DNA from: Macrostomum lignano
Lineage: Eukaryota
Assembly (NCBI GenBank): GCA_002269645.1
Contig: NIVC01000069.1
Span: forward strand, 186,001-250,000
Direction: 5' to 3'
Length of the DNA stretch: 64,000 bases
The notes under the pieces were generated by a model that saw nothing but the letters and a program-made list of their open reading frames with translations, was not told where the DNA came from and made no database searches. Shown piece by piece: positions 44,690-56,375 of the stretch; the first letter of the stretch is position 1; each line of letters opens with the position of its first letter. A program made the position numbers and the translations under genes.

Positions 44690-45272
44690 AGGTTCTAGCA
44701 CCAATGTCAGAGAGGATGTCAGTTGGCTCTACCTGAGTAAGCATCAATGTCAGAGAGGATGTCAGTTGGGTCTACCTGAGTAAGCACCAATGTCAGAGAG
44801 GATGTCAGTTGGCTCTACCTGAGTAGCACCAATGTCAGAGAGGATGTCAGTTGGCTCTACCTGAGTAGCACCAATGTCAGAGAGGATGTCAGTTGGCTCT
44901 ACCTGAGTAAGCATCAATGTCAGAGAGGATGTCAGTTGGGTCTACCTGAGTAAGCATCAATGTCAGAGAGGATGTCAGTTGGATCTACCTGAGTAAGCAC
45001 CAATGTCAGAGAGGATGTCTGTTGGGTCTACCTGAGTAAGCACCAATGTCAGAGAGGATGTCAGTTGGCTCTACCTGAGTAAGCATCAATGTCAGAGAGG
45101 ATGTCAGTTGGGTCTACCTGAGTAAGCACCAATGTCAGAGAGGATGTCAGTTGGGTCTACCTGAGTAGGCACCAATGTCAGAGAGGATGTCAGTTGGGTC
45201 TACCTGAGTAAGCACCAATGTCAGAGAGGATGTCAGTTGGCTCTACCTGAGTAGCACCAATGTCAGAGAGGA
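44690..45272. repeat. 42/43-bp minisatellite x~13 upstream of the mGluR ATG
   Basis: Unit ACCAATGTCAGAGAGGATGTCAGTTGGCTCTACCTGAGTAAGC. Confidence 0.93.
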
Positions 45273-46044
45273 CCTGAATAGCATTCAAAGTATAAAAAAA
45301 TCATTTGTTGCATTTGTTAACGAAGCATCAGAGGGCGTCTTAAAAATATGAATTGGGATTCAGACTCAGGTATTCCGAGCTAATTAAAACTGTCCAAAGA
45401 AGATTGAAATTTCAAGAGCTGATTTTCACAGTTTCTTCAGGAGCAGAAGCAGTCGGAAACAACTGAGTTCGTGGCTAAGTGTTGTTGCATTCCTTCTCTT
45501 TACATTTCATCGATTGAGGCTGAAATTTTAATTGCTTCGTTTCTCCACGCCCTCTGCTAATATACTTTCAGCCACTTACTTTGCAAAGAAACACTAGAGA
45601 CCTTTCTTGTGCCTCTCCAACGCAATTAAAACTAATGCATCTTAGGGCTTGCAAAGCTCCAGTCCCCTTTATAGCAGCTATCCTTTGATCCAAGCACTGA
45701 AGATTCTTCAGTTGGTGCAAACGATTTGATCTAAACTCGACAGGCGCTGCTCTGTCTTGTTCGTACTGACTTCGAGAGTTCACGAACGAAAGATTCCCGC
45801 CCCGCCAAGACAAGGAGCTAATCTAAACTAGAAAAGAGAATTTGAAAGCGTCTTGATGAAGCGACCGCCATACTACATATATGAGAGCAAGAGTGCTACT
45901 GTTATAGCAGAGCAGAGCCACAGTTGCCACAGTGTCCACAGTTGAATTCAATCAGCTTTAGTAGAAATCAAAATTTTACTTGTACATGTATATATGCTAC
46001 TTGTAGATCACTGAGACTACCATAGTCTATTCTATTGGGGCTTT

Positions 46045-46297
46045 AGCAGCTTATAGCACCAGGGGCTTTAGCACCTTATAGCACCAGGGGCGCCAGCACC
46101 AGGGGCGCCAGCACCAGGGGCGCCAGCACCAGGGGCGCCAGCACCAGGGGCGCCAGCACCAGGGGCGCCAGCACCAGGGGCGCCAGCACCAGGGGCTTTA
46201 GCACCAGGGGCGCCAGCACCAGGGGCTTTAGCACCAGGGGCGCCAGCACCAGGGGCTTTAGCACCAGGGGCGCCAGCACCAGGGGCGCCAGCACCAG
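46045..46297. repeat. 15-bp array AGCACCAGGGGC[GCC/TTT]
   Basis: Direct reading; same family as 52587-52895. Confidence 0.93.
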
Positions 46298-46994
46298 ACA
46301 ATTTTAAACCGGTTCAAGACTCCATAATTTTAAATTGGTGCGATGTGGGTACATACGCTCGTATAACTCAGACAGCAAATAAATTACAGATATTTAGAAC
46401 AAAAAAACGCCGTTTGCGTCACAGGTCGCGTCTCAAGGCCAGGTCGCGAACGAACACCACGCCGTCGGCCGATCCGGTGTTGAGGTTTCTGTTCTCCGAA
46501 GTTAACGATCTCCTGCCCGGAGATCCAACACCTACAGTACCTAGTACATAGTACATTCACATGCCTTGTGAGGGGCCCGCTCACACAGCCATCAATCAAG
46601 TAGAGGTGAATTTAGGGTTGCATGATAATTTTTCGTATCTTTGTAACACAAGTCGAATGATTTGATTGTGTTAACTGCGGGCGGAAGGAATAAGCCATTG
46701 AACGCGGCAGTCAGGTGAAATGATAGCAAATTGTTTATAAGCTGTGAATTAGCAAATTATGATCAGTTGTCAGTTTGCGATTTTCTTACTTTTTAATCAT
46801 CGAACTTTGAATTTGAGCGAATATCCAGTTTTAAATTTTGAGATTTTGAATTGCGAAACTATGGACTGACAACACATTTATTCGTATTTACCAAAGCCTG
46901 TCATTTTTCCCTGACATGGTGCATGACGGCTGCGAAACCGGAGATCCCAGCACGTTTGCAGTCTTTGAATCGGTGACCCAAAACTGGCCAGAGC

Positions 46995-49050
46995 CCGCAG
47001 TTTCTAAATCGTAACACCGGGAACCAGACCGCCGAGGTAGACGAACTGCTGACAGCGCGGAAGCTCCGTCGCCCGTCCATCAGCACCTCGGCACAAATCG
47101 CAGCCTCAATGTCGTCCGGCACGCAGAGCACGACGGTCTTCCGCGTGTTTATCACGAGGCTGACACTCGCCGCAACAGCAACTAGCTTGTCCAGTTGTCG
47201 CTGGGCGACCTCGACAGTTGAGGACACCAGAGCGAGATCGTCGGCGTAGCCAAGCACGCTGAGCCGCCTCTCTGGCTGACGTCGACCCACGCGTCGCCGC
47301 AACAGAAAGCCGCCATCGTGGTAGGAAGAGCGGTCCGCAGCACCCAGTCAAGCACCAGAACGAACAGGAACGGCACTAAACGGCCCTGAAGCACCCTGAA
47401 AAATGTCTCAAAGAAGTCCGATGGGCCTTCCGATGTTAAAACAGCAGCTTTCGTATCATGGTACATCGCCATGATGACGGAAATCAACTGCTCTGGCACG
47501 TTGTACGCATGGAGCACCTTTGGCAGCACAGCACAGTCCTGACGACTGAGTCGAATGCCTTCTTGAAAGCTATTGATTAGGTTCAGGATCGACTGGCGTA
47601 TCCGTGCTTCCTCGATGACTCGCCGAAGAGCCAGGATCTGTGTCACTGTCCCGCAATGGGGCCGGAAGCCATTCTGCTCAGGACGCAGGTATGGATTCAG
47701 CACCGGCTGCAACCGCGATAACGGCATCCAGTTGAACAACTTCGCAGCGCAGAACTGAAGGCTCCTTGATGCTTTGAACCTTGATGCTCCTCAAGCCTTG
47801 TGGTGCCCGGCTTCTTATGAACTGCGACGATGTGCGCCGTGGTCCATTCTTTGGGTGCCTCCTCACCGAAGAGCCCGCGATTCATCACTCTGGCGACCTC
47901 ACTGGCCACACAGTGAATGCGCAGCGCCTCGATGGGCACCTCGTCCGGACCCAGCGCTTTCCCGCCCGCGGTGACTGTTGGGTTAGCTTTGCAGCGTCGC
48001 GGCTGTGCTGACTGGTGCTAGGCTGAAACTCTCCTCTGCCGGCAACGGCATCTCCGGCGGCAGCGTTAGGCTGTCTGGCAGCGGGGGGTGGCGGCGCGTT
48101 GACAACGGCGGCGAAGAACTCACGCAGCTCGTTCCTGTGCTCGTCCGCAGAGTCGCCTGCCGGGTTTAGCGGAATGCGCCGCTTTCGCCCCGTCAGAGCA
48201 TTGATAGCCGACCAGGCCACGCGGTCTCTGGTATCGGGCCCAGCGGCAGAGACGGCCCGAATGGCGTCATCAACAGCAGCAGCCTGATGGCGATAGACAG
48301 CCGCCAAGGCCTCTGCCTCGCGGGTTGGTCGCCTGCTCAAACGGAGCCTCTCCAGCTCTTCCCTCGCTTGCCGAATCGCGGGGTCGTCTTGCCATACCGG
48401 CTGCTCCCGCTGGGCCGGTCGCATCAGCGCGGACTGCTTGTTCCGCGGCGGCTCGAACTGCAGCGCACACCTCCGCGTACTCGGCACCTCCACGCTTGCT
48501 GCCGAGAGCAGTGTTGAAAGTGCTGGCAAAGCGGCTGTGCGTTTTGCGTCCCTGAGCGTGCGGTAGTAGCGCCGCGGTAGCCGCTTCGGCGGACGGTAGA
48601 GCGGATTGCAAAGACGAAGTCGCAGACGATGAGTCGATGATCGAACCGCAGAGCCAGCGGCGTGATGCAATTGATGACGCGGCGGCGCTCGCGGAAGCGC
48701 ACCAGCACGTGATCGAGCTGTGCCTGCCCCTCCATGTTGCGTTCCGGCCACGCGCGTTCCTCCGCCTGCGCTAGCGAGCCCACCCGAAGGCTTGGGGAAG
48801 CGGGTGTTGGCCGACACCATATCCTGCCTCTCTAGAAAGTCCTCCAGCACTCCGGTGGTGCCGTTCTCGCGCGGTGTGACGAACAGTGACCGCACAGACC
48901 TACGCAGAACCGCGTTCAGGTCTCCGAGGATGATCACTGTGTCACGCTGCGCTGTTGCCTACATCTGTAACGAGAGCTGTTCGAAGAAGTCTTGAACCTC
49001 ATCAGGTCGGGTAAGCACACGAAGGTGTACTCAGCACGCCAGTGAAGTAT
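46995..49050 (-). pseudogene. Decayed RTE-type non-LTR retrotransposon ORF (APE C-terminal half plus RT), frameshifted and 3'-truncated
   Basis: Across several frames: DEVQDFFEQL..VIILGDLNA, SANTRF, LDHVLV, FDHRL, PGPDEVP, EWTTAHIVAVHKK, RPEQNGFRP, LGYADDLAL, INTRKTVVL, FVYLGG. Multiple frameshifts and stops. Confidence 0.9.
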
Positions 49051-49061
49051 GAGACAGACTA

Positions 49062-49178
49062 GGGGCCCGTTCTATAAAGCCGTCGTAAGATAAGATCGTT
49101 CTTAGCTCCTATCTCCGCAGTGTAAAAGTTCCGACGTACGATCGAACATACGCTACGACAGCTTTATAGTACGACCCC
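49062..49178. mobile_element. 117-bp MITE with ~25-bp imperfect TIRs, flanked by TA
   Basis: Left GGGGCCCGTTCTATAAAGCCGTCGTA vs right (reverse complement) GGGGTCGTACTATAAAGCTGTCGTA; TA on both sides (CTAG context). Confidence 0.75.
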
Positions 49179-50089
49179 TAGGTCTATGGATCTATGGTCT
49201 ATGCTTCACGCCTGCCCCTATCTTCAGGTCTGCACCTGAGTTAACCACGCTCTGGTCGCGGGATAGGGCAGGGGAACTTTCTCGAAGGGTCCCGCTCATC
49301 ACCGTGCACCCCCTGCGCGGAGCCGTCGAGACTGGGCCAGGTCTTCGACCAGGCCTGCAGACCCCCGCTCTGCTGCGCCTCCTGCTGTCTTGGTTCCGTC
49401 TCCCCTGCCGCCACACTTGCCTTTCCGGAGCTCCCTGTCCCTCTCTGTACCTCCCCCTCTACCCTATCTCCTCTGCGCTCCACCCTATTCTTCGTGTACT
49501 TCTCCTGCCTCCCCTCTCTTTTTGTCTCTTTCTGCACTATTTTCCTGCGCTGCCCCCACCTTTTTTCTGCGTCTACTTACAGTATTTTGTGTGCTCACCG
49601 TCTCCCCATCCCCTCTCAAACTCCCAAACGGTGACGCAAGTCGTGTGACCCCCTCTTCCTCTCGATGACTCTTCGATGACTCATTCCCCTCTCTTGCGCA
49701 ACCTTTTCTCATGCTATTGTTCTCCTCCCCAAATTTCTCATGCGACGGCCACCCCACCTCCGCTTTTATTGTTCTCGTTTTTGATTCTTTTGTTCTCTCG
49801 ACCCCCACCAATTATCACATTTTCTCCGATTTTCTCTTTCTTTTGTTCTCTTTTTCGCACCTAATTATCACCTTTTCTCCAATGTTTGCTTTTCCATTGT
49901 TCTCAGTTCTCCCCAATTATCCCCGATTTCCAATTCCTTTGTTCTCGACCCCAGCCCTTTTGTTCTCAATGTTTGCTTGCGCAACACTTTTGCGACCTCC
50001 CGCTGCGCCAATTATCCCTCCACCCCACCTCCGGATTGCGCAATTCTCCCATTTCTCATGTTGCTATGCCGTTCTCATGCTTCTCATCA

Positions 50090-50180
50090 TGACTCATTCT
50101 GACGTCATTCTGCCGGCAGCCAATCAGAGAGAGGGAGTCATGGAAACGACCTTGGAGCCGCGGCTGGGAAGGCTATAAAA
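50090..50180 (+). promoter_or_regulatory. Orphan Pol II promoter-like module (AP-1, CRE, CCAAT, TATA), possibly LTR-derived
   Basis: TGACTCA 50090, TGACGTCA 50100, GCCAATC 50119, TATAAAA 50174, Inr-like CTCAGATT near 50205, donor CG|GTAAGT at 50525. Confidence 0.55.
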
Positions 50181-51764
50181 GGAAGCGGTTTTCGGCATAA
50201 GAATCCTCAGATTTCCTCTTTCCGGTCTCCTCAGACTGTGCGTCTCCTCGTCCTTCTTTGGACTTGCCGTCAGACGTAGCTCTGACCTATTCGTCTGTAG
50301 GACGAACCTCTGCCGGTCCGCGGTCTGATACCGCCCAGTTACCTTAGCTCCCAAGTGAGCTCGCCTATCGGCCAGCGGTCTCATACCGCCCAGCATCATC
50401 AGCATCGCCTGATCTACATCAGCGCCTCGTCACTTCAGCGCATCGCCGCTTCACTGTCTGCCTGACTGCAGCCTACAGCCGCCCTCGGTCACTCCGCCGC
50501 TCTCTCTCCTCTGTGCAGCTGCCGGTAAGTTCCTATTACTAATTTGTGCTCTAATCGCCTTGCTTATCCGGGGTTTGCCTATTTTGCCATTACTTGATTA
50601 GAGAGCTGAGCCAATTGTGATATTGTATCTCTTGCTGTACTTTTACTCAATAGTGAAGCCGCCTAATTACCTGATTATTTGCCTAAGGGCCTAATTATTA
50701 CCTATTAACTAACCTCATCATTATTCACTCTTTCACCGTCATTTCACTCATGGCTTGCTAAGCCTTTCTCCCGGGGTGGCAAAGCATAAGGAAGTTTGGG
50801 TAAGCTAATGGCCTCTCCCCGTGCAAAGCCCGCCTGTGAGTGCGTGCTGCGGGTCCGTGAGTGCGTGCAGTAGAGGGAATTAGTGAATCTTGGCACAGAA
50901 TGGCAGTAGAAAGGTTGCAACCCCATGCTAACGCGTCCCTTCGCCCTGAGCAATCTAAACTATAGACAGCACATGCTCGCCTCATACTACTCTTAGTAAT
51001 CAAAGTCGCAAGTCAGCCTAGCTCACAGCCACAAAGGATCCCCTGCTGAGAAATCCTCCAGATTGAGCCCAGAGTTCCCGATCATGCCCCAAGCAGAGTC
51101 CCTGTACTCGGCTGCATGTGTCTCCACTGTTAGCCTAAATCCCCTGGTAACCAATCCAGGCGGGGCTCTAGCCTCGAGAGGTCTGGTAGAAAGATCCAGG
51201 TGCGCCAGGTCACATAGAGTGGTGGCAGCCACTCGGTCATACTATGAATGACTCGGTCATACTATGACCGAGTGACCAACTATTGCACCTTGGCTACAGG
51301 TGGGGTCCATGTGGGTCCTTGGCCCTCTGGTCACAAAGCGCTACCAAAGCTATCAATCATGTGGGCGGGACAGTCTGTTGCTGGAGGTCCGTCAGGTCAT
51401 TGCCCGGTCATAGGCAGCCTACGGTCATTGCCCCCTCTAGTCATGCGTTCGTCTCTCAACGGAGCGGACAGGCGACAAGGGCGGTTACATCACACCCTCT
51501 ATTTGCCGCTGGCAGCCGCAGACCCCCTCCCCACGCTGTCTCGCAAGTCGACCCAGGGGTACTCGTCCTGTCTGCGTGTGTTCAAGGCAAACCCTAGGGC
51601 TGCCGGACCGACTGGGCTCCGACGCTGGCGACCCATCCAGTGGCTTCGGCCGAACTTGGGTATGCGGGTTTGGCTTGCCAGCCTGCAGGCGGTGGTACTG
51701 CTCAACGTACCCCCTTGGTGTTTGACCGTGCCGATGGGCTGGAAGGCCGGGGGGTTGTCCAGAA

Positions 51765-51985
51765 AGATGCAGCGACAGCTCTGCTGCAGTCTCGGTCCGA
51801 CCAGCGCTCCAACTCCTCCACGGCCTCGTTGGTCCGCCGATGTGTAGCAGAGGGTCCATTCGGCGCCCAGATCCTCACAGTGAATTAGCTCCGCGGATCA
51901 GCCTTGATAGGCAGACACTTCCTGCAGTACGATAACGTCACAGCTTAGGTCGAGCGCTAGCTTCGCCAGAGCCCTCTCCAGCTAT
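51765..51985 (-). pseudogene. N-terminal part of the RTE AP endonuclease, separated from the rest by ~2.7 kb
   Basis: Minus-strand translation LAKLALDLSCDVIVLQEV..(stop)..WTLCYTSADQRGRGGVGALVGPRLQ, the APE motifs that normally precede the GDxN region found at ~48925. Confidence 0.7.
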
Positions 51986-52586
51986 GAAGCTATTAAAAAA
52001 CTTCTCGAGTCAATTGGGCCTTCACCTAGCTGCGTAAAAATTCCTGCTTTAAAAAGGATCATTTCGATACATATCGGTAAATGAAATTTAAGCAGAGTTT
52101 CTGGACAAAGGGAATTCGTGGAACAGTAATTAAATTAAAAAAAATTGTAATTTTCCTTCCCACAAAGGGCGCAGAGTAATATCAAGCTCATTCACGCATG
52201 CTTGGCGTGCTCAAGTTTTATCAAAGCTAATTGCTGCAATTAGCAATTGTACAATTAGAGGCATGTCAGCAAGCGCGTGAAAGCCATCTTTATAGTGCAA
52301 CATTTTATAGCCCTCAATGGTTGTTTATCACGCGTCTGGAACGTGATTTCTAGCTAATAAGCTTGTAGCTAATTTTGCGTCTAATTGTTTTAATTAAATT
52401 GCCAGTGATGAAACCGCAAAGCCACTTCATCCGGTTTCGACTGCTTTTTTCAATTGCTTAAATTAATATTTTAAACTAAACTGATTGATTATGTAATTCT
52501 GACTTTGCCGACTCCAATTATGTCGTCTATGAAGAACTTGCAACTATGATTAGTTTGTATTGTCGGTTTAAATATAGTTACATGTA

Positions 52587-52895
52587 AAACCAGGGGCGCC
52601 AGCACCAGGGGCGCCAGCACCAGGGGCGCCAGCACCAGGGGCGCCAGCACCAGGGGCGCCAGCACCAGGGGCTTTAGCACCAGGGGCTTTAGCACCAGGG
52701 GCTTTAGCACCAGGGGCTTTAGCACCAGGGGCTTTAGCACCAGGGGCTTTAGCACCAGGGGTGCCAGCACCAGGGGCGCCAGCACCAGGGGCGCCAGCAC
52801 CAGGGGCGCCAGCACCAGGGGCTTTAGCACCAGGGGCTTTAGCAACAGGGGCGCCAGCACCAGGGGCGCCAGCACCAGGGGCTTTAGCACCAGGT
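52587..52895. repeat. 15-bp array AGCACCAGGGGC[GCC/TTT], second locus
   Basis: Direct reading; a TACATGTA lies a few bases before it. Confidence 0.93.
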
Positions 52896-53429
52896 ACTTT
52901 AGCCTTTAAAGTTGCACCCCTTTGATGCAGTCGTTGAATTAAAATTAAATTGAAGCACATAAGACTAATATTACTCATTATAAAACCGCAGTGGGTTTTA
53001 AATATATTTTAATCGAATCAAAGGCACGAAATTGGCTTAAAGTTATATGAGTAAAATGAATAACTACATTATAATCTACCTGCAGTATAACACACGGTTA
53101 AGTATATCGTATGGTTGTATTGGCCGTTGCTTACACACACAAAATTGTGTGGAGAACAGCGCAAGAATGAAGAAATACATTGCATAATATAAATTCGATA
53201 TTAACGATACTACAAATATAATTATGTTGGTTAATACAATACGCAGTTACAATCATACTCGTATGTATATAATCGGTTGTTACTATTTGTCCGCAGTCGT
53301 AAAAGCAAGAACTTATGGTGAATCACCGCACAAAACAGTGCGCTGGAACAAACTTAATTAATATTACATGTATATATTTGTTGTTTATTGTCAGTTGCTA
53401 TTCCGTTACAATATGCTGTTGCTACTATG

Positions 53430-54375
53430 TTTCTAAACTGTTGCTACCCTGTTTCTACGCAGTTGCTACCCTGTTTCTACGCAGTTGCTACCCTGTTTCT
53501 ACGCAGTTGCTACCCTGTTTCTACGCAGTTGCTACCCTGTTTCTACGCAGTTGCTACCCTGTTTCTATGCAGTTGCTACCCTGTTTCTACGCAGTTGCTA
53601 CCCTGTTTCTACGCAGTTGCTACCCTGTTTCTACGCAGTTGCTACCCTGTTTCTACGCAGTTGCTACCCTGTTTCTATGCAGTTGCTACCCTGTTTCTAC
53701 GCGGTTGCTACCCTGTTTCTACGTGCAGTTGCTACCCTGTTTCTACGTGCAGTTGCTACCCTGTTTCTACGCAGTTGCTACCCTGTTTCTACGCAGTTGC
53801 TACCCTGTTTCTACGTGCAGTTGCTACCCTGTTTCTACGCAGTTGCTACCCGGTTTCTACGTGCAGTTGCTACCCGGTTTCTACGCAGTTGCTACTCTGT
53901 TTCTACGCAGTTGCTACCCTGTTTCTACGTGCAGTTGCTACCCTGTTTCTACGTGCAGTTGCTACCCGGTTTCTACGCAGTTGCTACCCTGTTTCTACGC
54001 GGTTGCTACCCTGTTTCTACGAAGTTGCTACCCTGTTTCTACGCAGTTGCTACCCTGTTTCTACGCAGTTGCTACCCTGTTTCTACGCAGTTGCTACTGT
54101 TTCTACGCAGTTGCTACTCTGTTTCTACGCAGTTGCTACCCTGTTTCTACGTGCAGTTGCTACCCTGTTTCTACGTGCAGTTGCTACCCTGTTTCTACGT
54201 GCAGTTGCTACCCTGTTTCTACGCAGTTGCTACCCTGTTTCTACGCAGTTGCTACCCTGTTTCTACGCAGTTGCTACCCTGTTTCTACGCAGTTGCTACC
54301 CTGTTTCTACGCAGTTGCTACCCTGTTTCTACGCAGTTGCTACCCTGTTTCTACGCAGTTGCTACCCTGTCACTA
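53430..54375. repeat. 22-bp (variant 24-bp) minisatellite GCAGTTGCTACCCTGTTTCTAC downstream of the Kazal gene
   Basis: Direct reading. Confidence 0.95.
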
Positions 54376-54429
54376 TACCTGTTGCTACAGCACTGTTGCC
54401 ATGCGGTTGCTATGCTGTAGATAATATAG

Positions 54430-54870
54430 CTAATCAATCAGAAGTGTGGAGCAACGCCCAGGCACAATCAAAGCGCCGGGGTTGTTGCACAAAGCTGAAC
54501 AGGGATTTGCGTAGTCAACACCGTCGACGCAAACTGGCTCCAGTCCGGTGCAGTGCGGGCACAGCGACGCCAGCCAGCAGACGTGCGGTCGACTGTCACG
54601 ACTGCCGCCCTGCCAGGCGCAGGTCTGTATCGGGCCGAACATTGTGGCACTCTTGGCAGTGAGCCAAGCCCGCTCAACCTCCGGCTCTGTAAGGAGCGGC
54701 GATCGTCGATGACGCAGATCAACAACGAGCTGAGACTCCGGCAAGCTCTGCGCAACAGACCGCGGCACCGAGATGAGTTCGGGCTCGTTGAATAGGCTGG
54801 CACTGAGGCTGGTCATCTTGACTAGTAGGGCGGCAACTGTTAGAATTGCGGCTAAGGAGCTGCAATTCAT
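54430..54870 (-). CDS. Secreted 146-aa prepro-protein with one C-terminal Kazal-like domain
   Basis: Hydrophobic signal peptide (LAAILTVAALLV), RHRR dibasic site, Kazal-like C-PHC-TGLEPVC-VDGVDYANPC-SALC-..PGRC; single exon from ATG to TAG. Confidence 0.78.
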   Translation of the reverse strand: MNCSSLAAILTVAALLVKMTSLSASLFNEPELISVPRSVAQSLPESQLVVDLRHRRSPLLTEPEVERAWLTAKSATMFGPIQTCAWQGGSRDSRPHVCWLASLCPHCTGLEPVCVDGVDYANPCSALCNNPGALIVPGRCSTLLID

Positions 54871-55310
54871 GCTGCTTCAGCTGGACTGACTCTGACTGCT
54901 TGAGATGGGGTTACTGGGCCAAGGGCTTAGCCCACATATTTATCTGTGAATAGGCTGGACTGCATTGGTAATTAGTCTGTAATAGGCACGTTGGCAATGT
55001 AATTTAATGCACTGTACAAATGGCGTGCTCTATAATAATAGCTGTTATAGGATAAATAAGCAAAATTTTGCAGATTATTCCTAATTGATTTATACTGTTA
55101 AATATAGGTCAGTTACGGAGCTCTCGTAACGGCCGGTGCATGATGCTTACGCGTGATTATAGAAATTATAAGACCCCCAATGGCCACAATTACAGTACAT
55201 GTATGCCTTTTTTGCATGGCCATTGCAGCTGCATGCATGTTTGGCATCCATGCATGTACGTTTCTCTTGATGGGAATGGTAATTAAGGGCCCATTACTTA
55301 TTTGATTTTA

Positions 55311-56265
55311 ATCCGTCTCTTGGTGGGCACCCTTTTTTTGGTGGGCGCCCCCTGTCTCTTGGTGGGCGCCCCTGTGTCTTAGAGGATGCCCCTGTCTCTT
55401 GGTGGGCACCCTCTCTTGGTGGGCGCCCCCTGTCTCTTGGTGGGCGCCCCTGTCTTTTTGTGGGCGCCCCTGTCTCTTAGTGGGCGCCCCTGTGTCTTGG
55501 AGGATGCCCCTGTCTCTTGGTGGGCACCCTCTCTTGGTGGGCGCCCCCTGTCTCTTGGTGGGCGCCCCTGTCTTTTTGTGGGCGCCCCTGTCTCTTGGTG
55601 GGCGCCCCTGTCTCTTGGTGGGCGCCCCTGTCTCTTTGTATGGTGTGGGCGCCCCTGTCTCTTGGTGGGCACCCTCTCTTGGTGGGCGCCCCCTGTCTCT
55701 TGGTGGGCGCCCCTGTCTTTTTGTGGGCGCCCCTGTCTCTTGGTGGGCGCCCCTGTCTCTTGGTGGGCGCCCCTGTCTCTTTGTATGGTGTGGGCGCCCC
55801 TGTCTCTTGGTGGGCGCCCCTGTCTCTTTGTATGGTGTGGGCGCCCCTGTCTCTTTGTATGGTGTGGGCGCCCCTGTCTCTTTGTATGGTGTGGGCGCCC
55901 CTGTCTCTTGGTGGGCGCCCCTGTCTCTTTGTATGGTGTGGGCGCCCCTGTCTCTTGGTGGGCGCCCCTGTCTCTTTGTATGGTGTGGGCGCCCCTGTCT
56001 CTTGGTGGGCGCCCCTGTCTCTTTGCATGTGGTGGGCGCCTCTTGGTGGGCGCCCCTGTCTCTTTGCATGTGGGCGCCCCTTTCTCTTAGCATGGTGTGG
56101 GCGCCCCTGTCTCTTGGTGGGCGCCCCTGTCTGTTGGTGGGTGCCCCCTGTCTATTGGTGGGCGCCCCTGTCTCTTGGTGGGCGCCCCTGTCTTTTTGTG
56201 GGCGCCCCTGTCTCTTTGGTGGGCGCCCCTGTCTCTTTGGTGGGCGCCCCCTGTGTGTCTTGTAC
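55311..56265. repeat. 20/21-bp GGTGGGCGCCCCTGTCTCTT family array with longer derived units
   Basis: Same unit as TCAF intron 6, plus a CTTTGTATGGTGTGGGCGCC variant. Confidence 0.93.
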
Positions 56266-56375
56266 GTGCAGGCGCCCACACCCTTTGTACATGTAATCTC
56301 AGCAGCTATACAATTTGTGCATGTAAGGCTGCAGTGAATACATGTACCTATGGACCTAATGTCTATTATAAGGTG

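Noticed and set aside
45568-45813. Short minus-strand ORF with faint LRR-like periodicity
   Set aside because: It lacks the LxxLxLxxN consensus and a supported exon structure.
52568-52978. Elastin-like GAPGA/KAPGA ORFs (also 46068-46301)
   Set aside because: They arise from the dispersed 15-bp array; there is no convincing signal peptide, splice context or unique domain.
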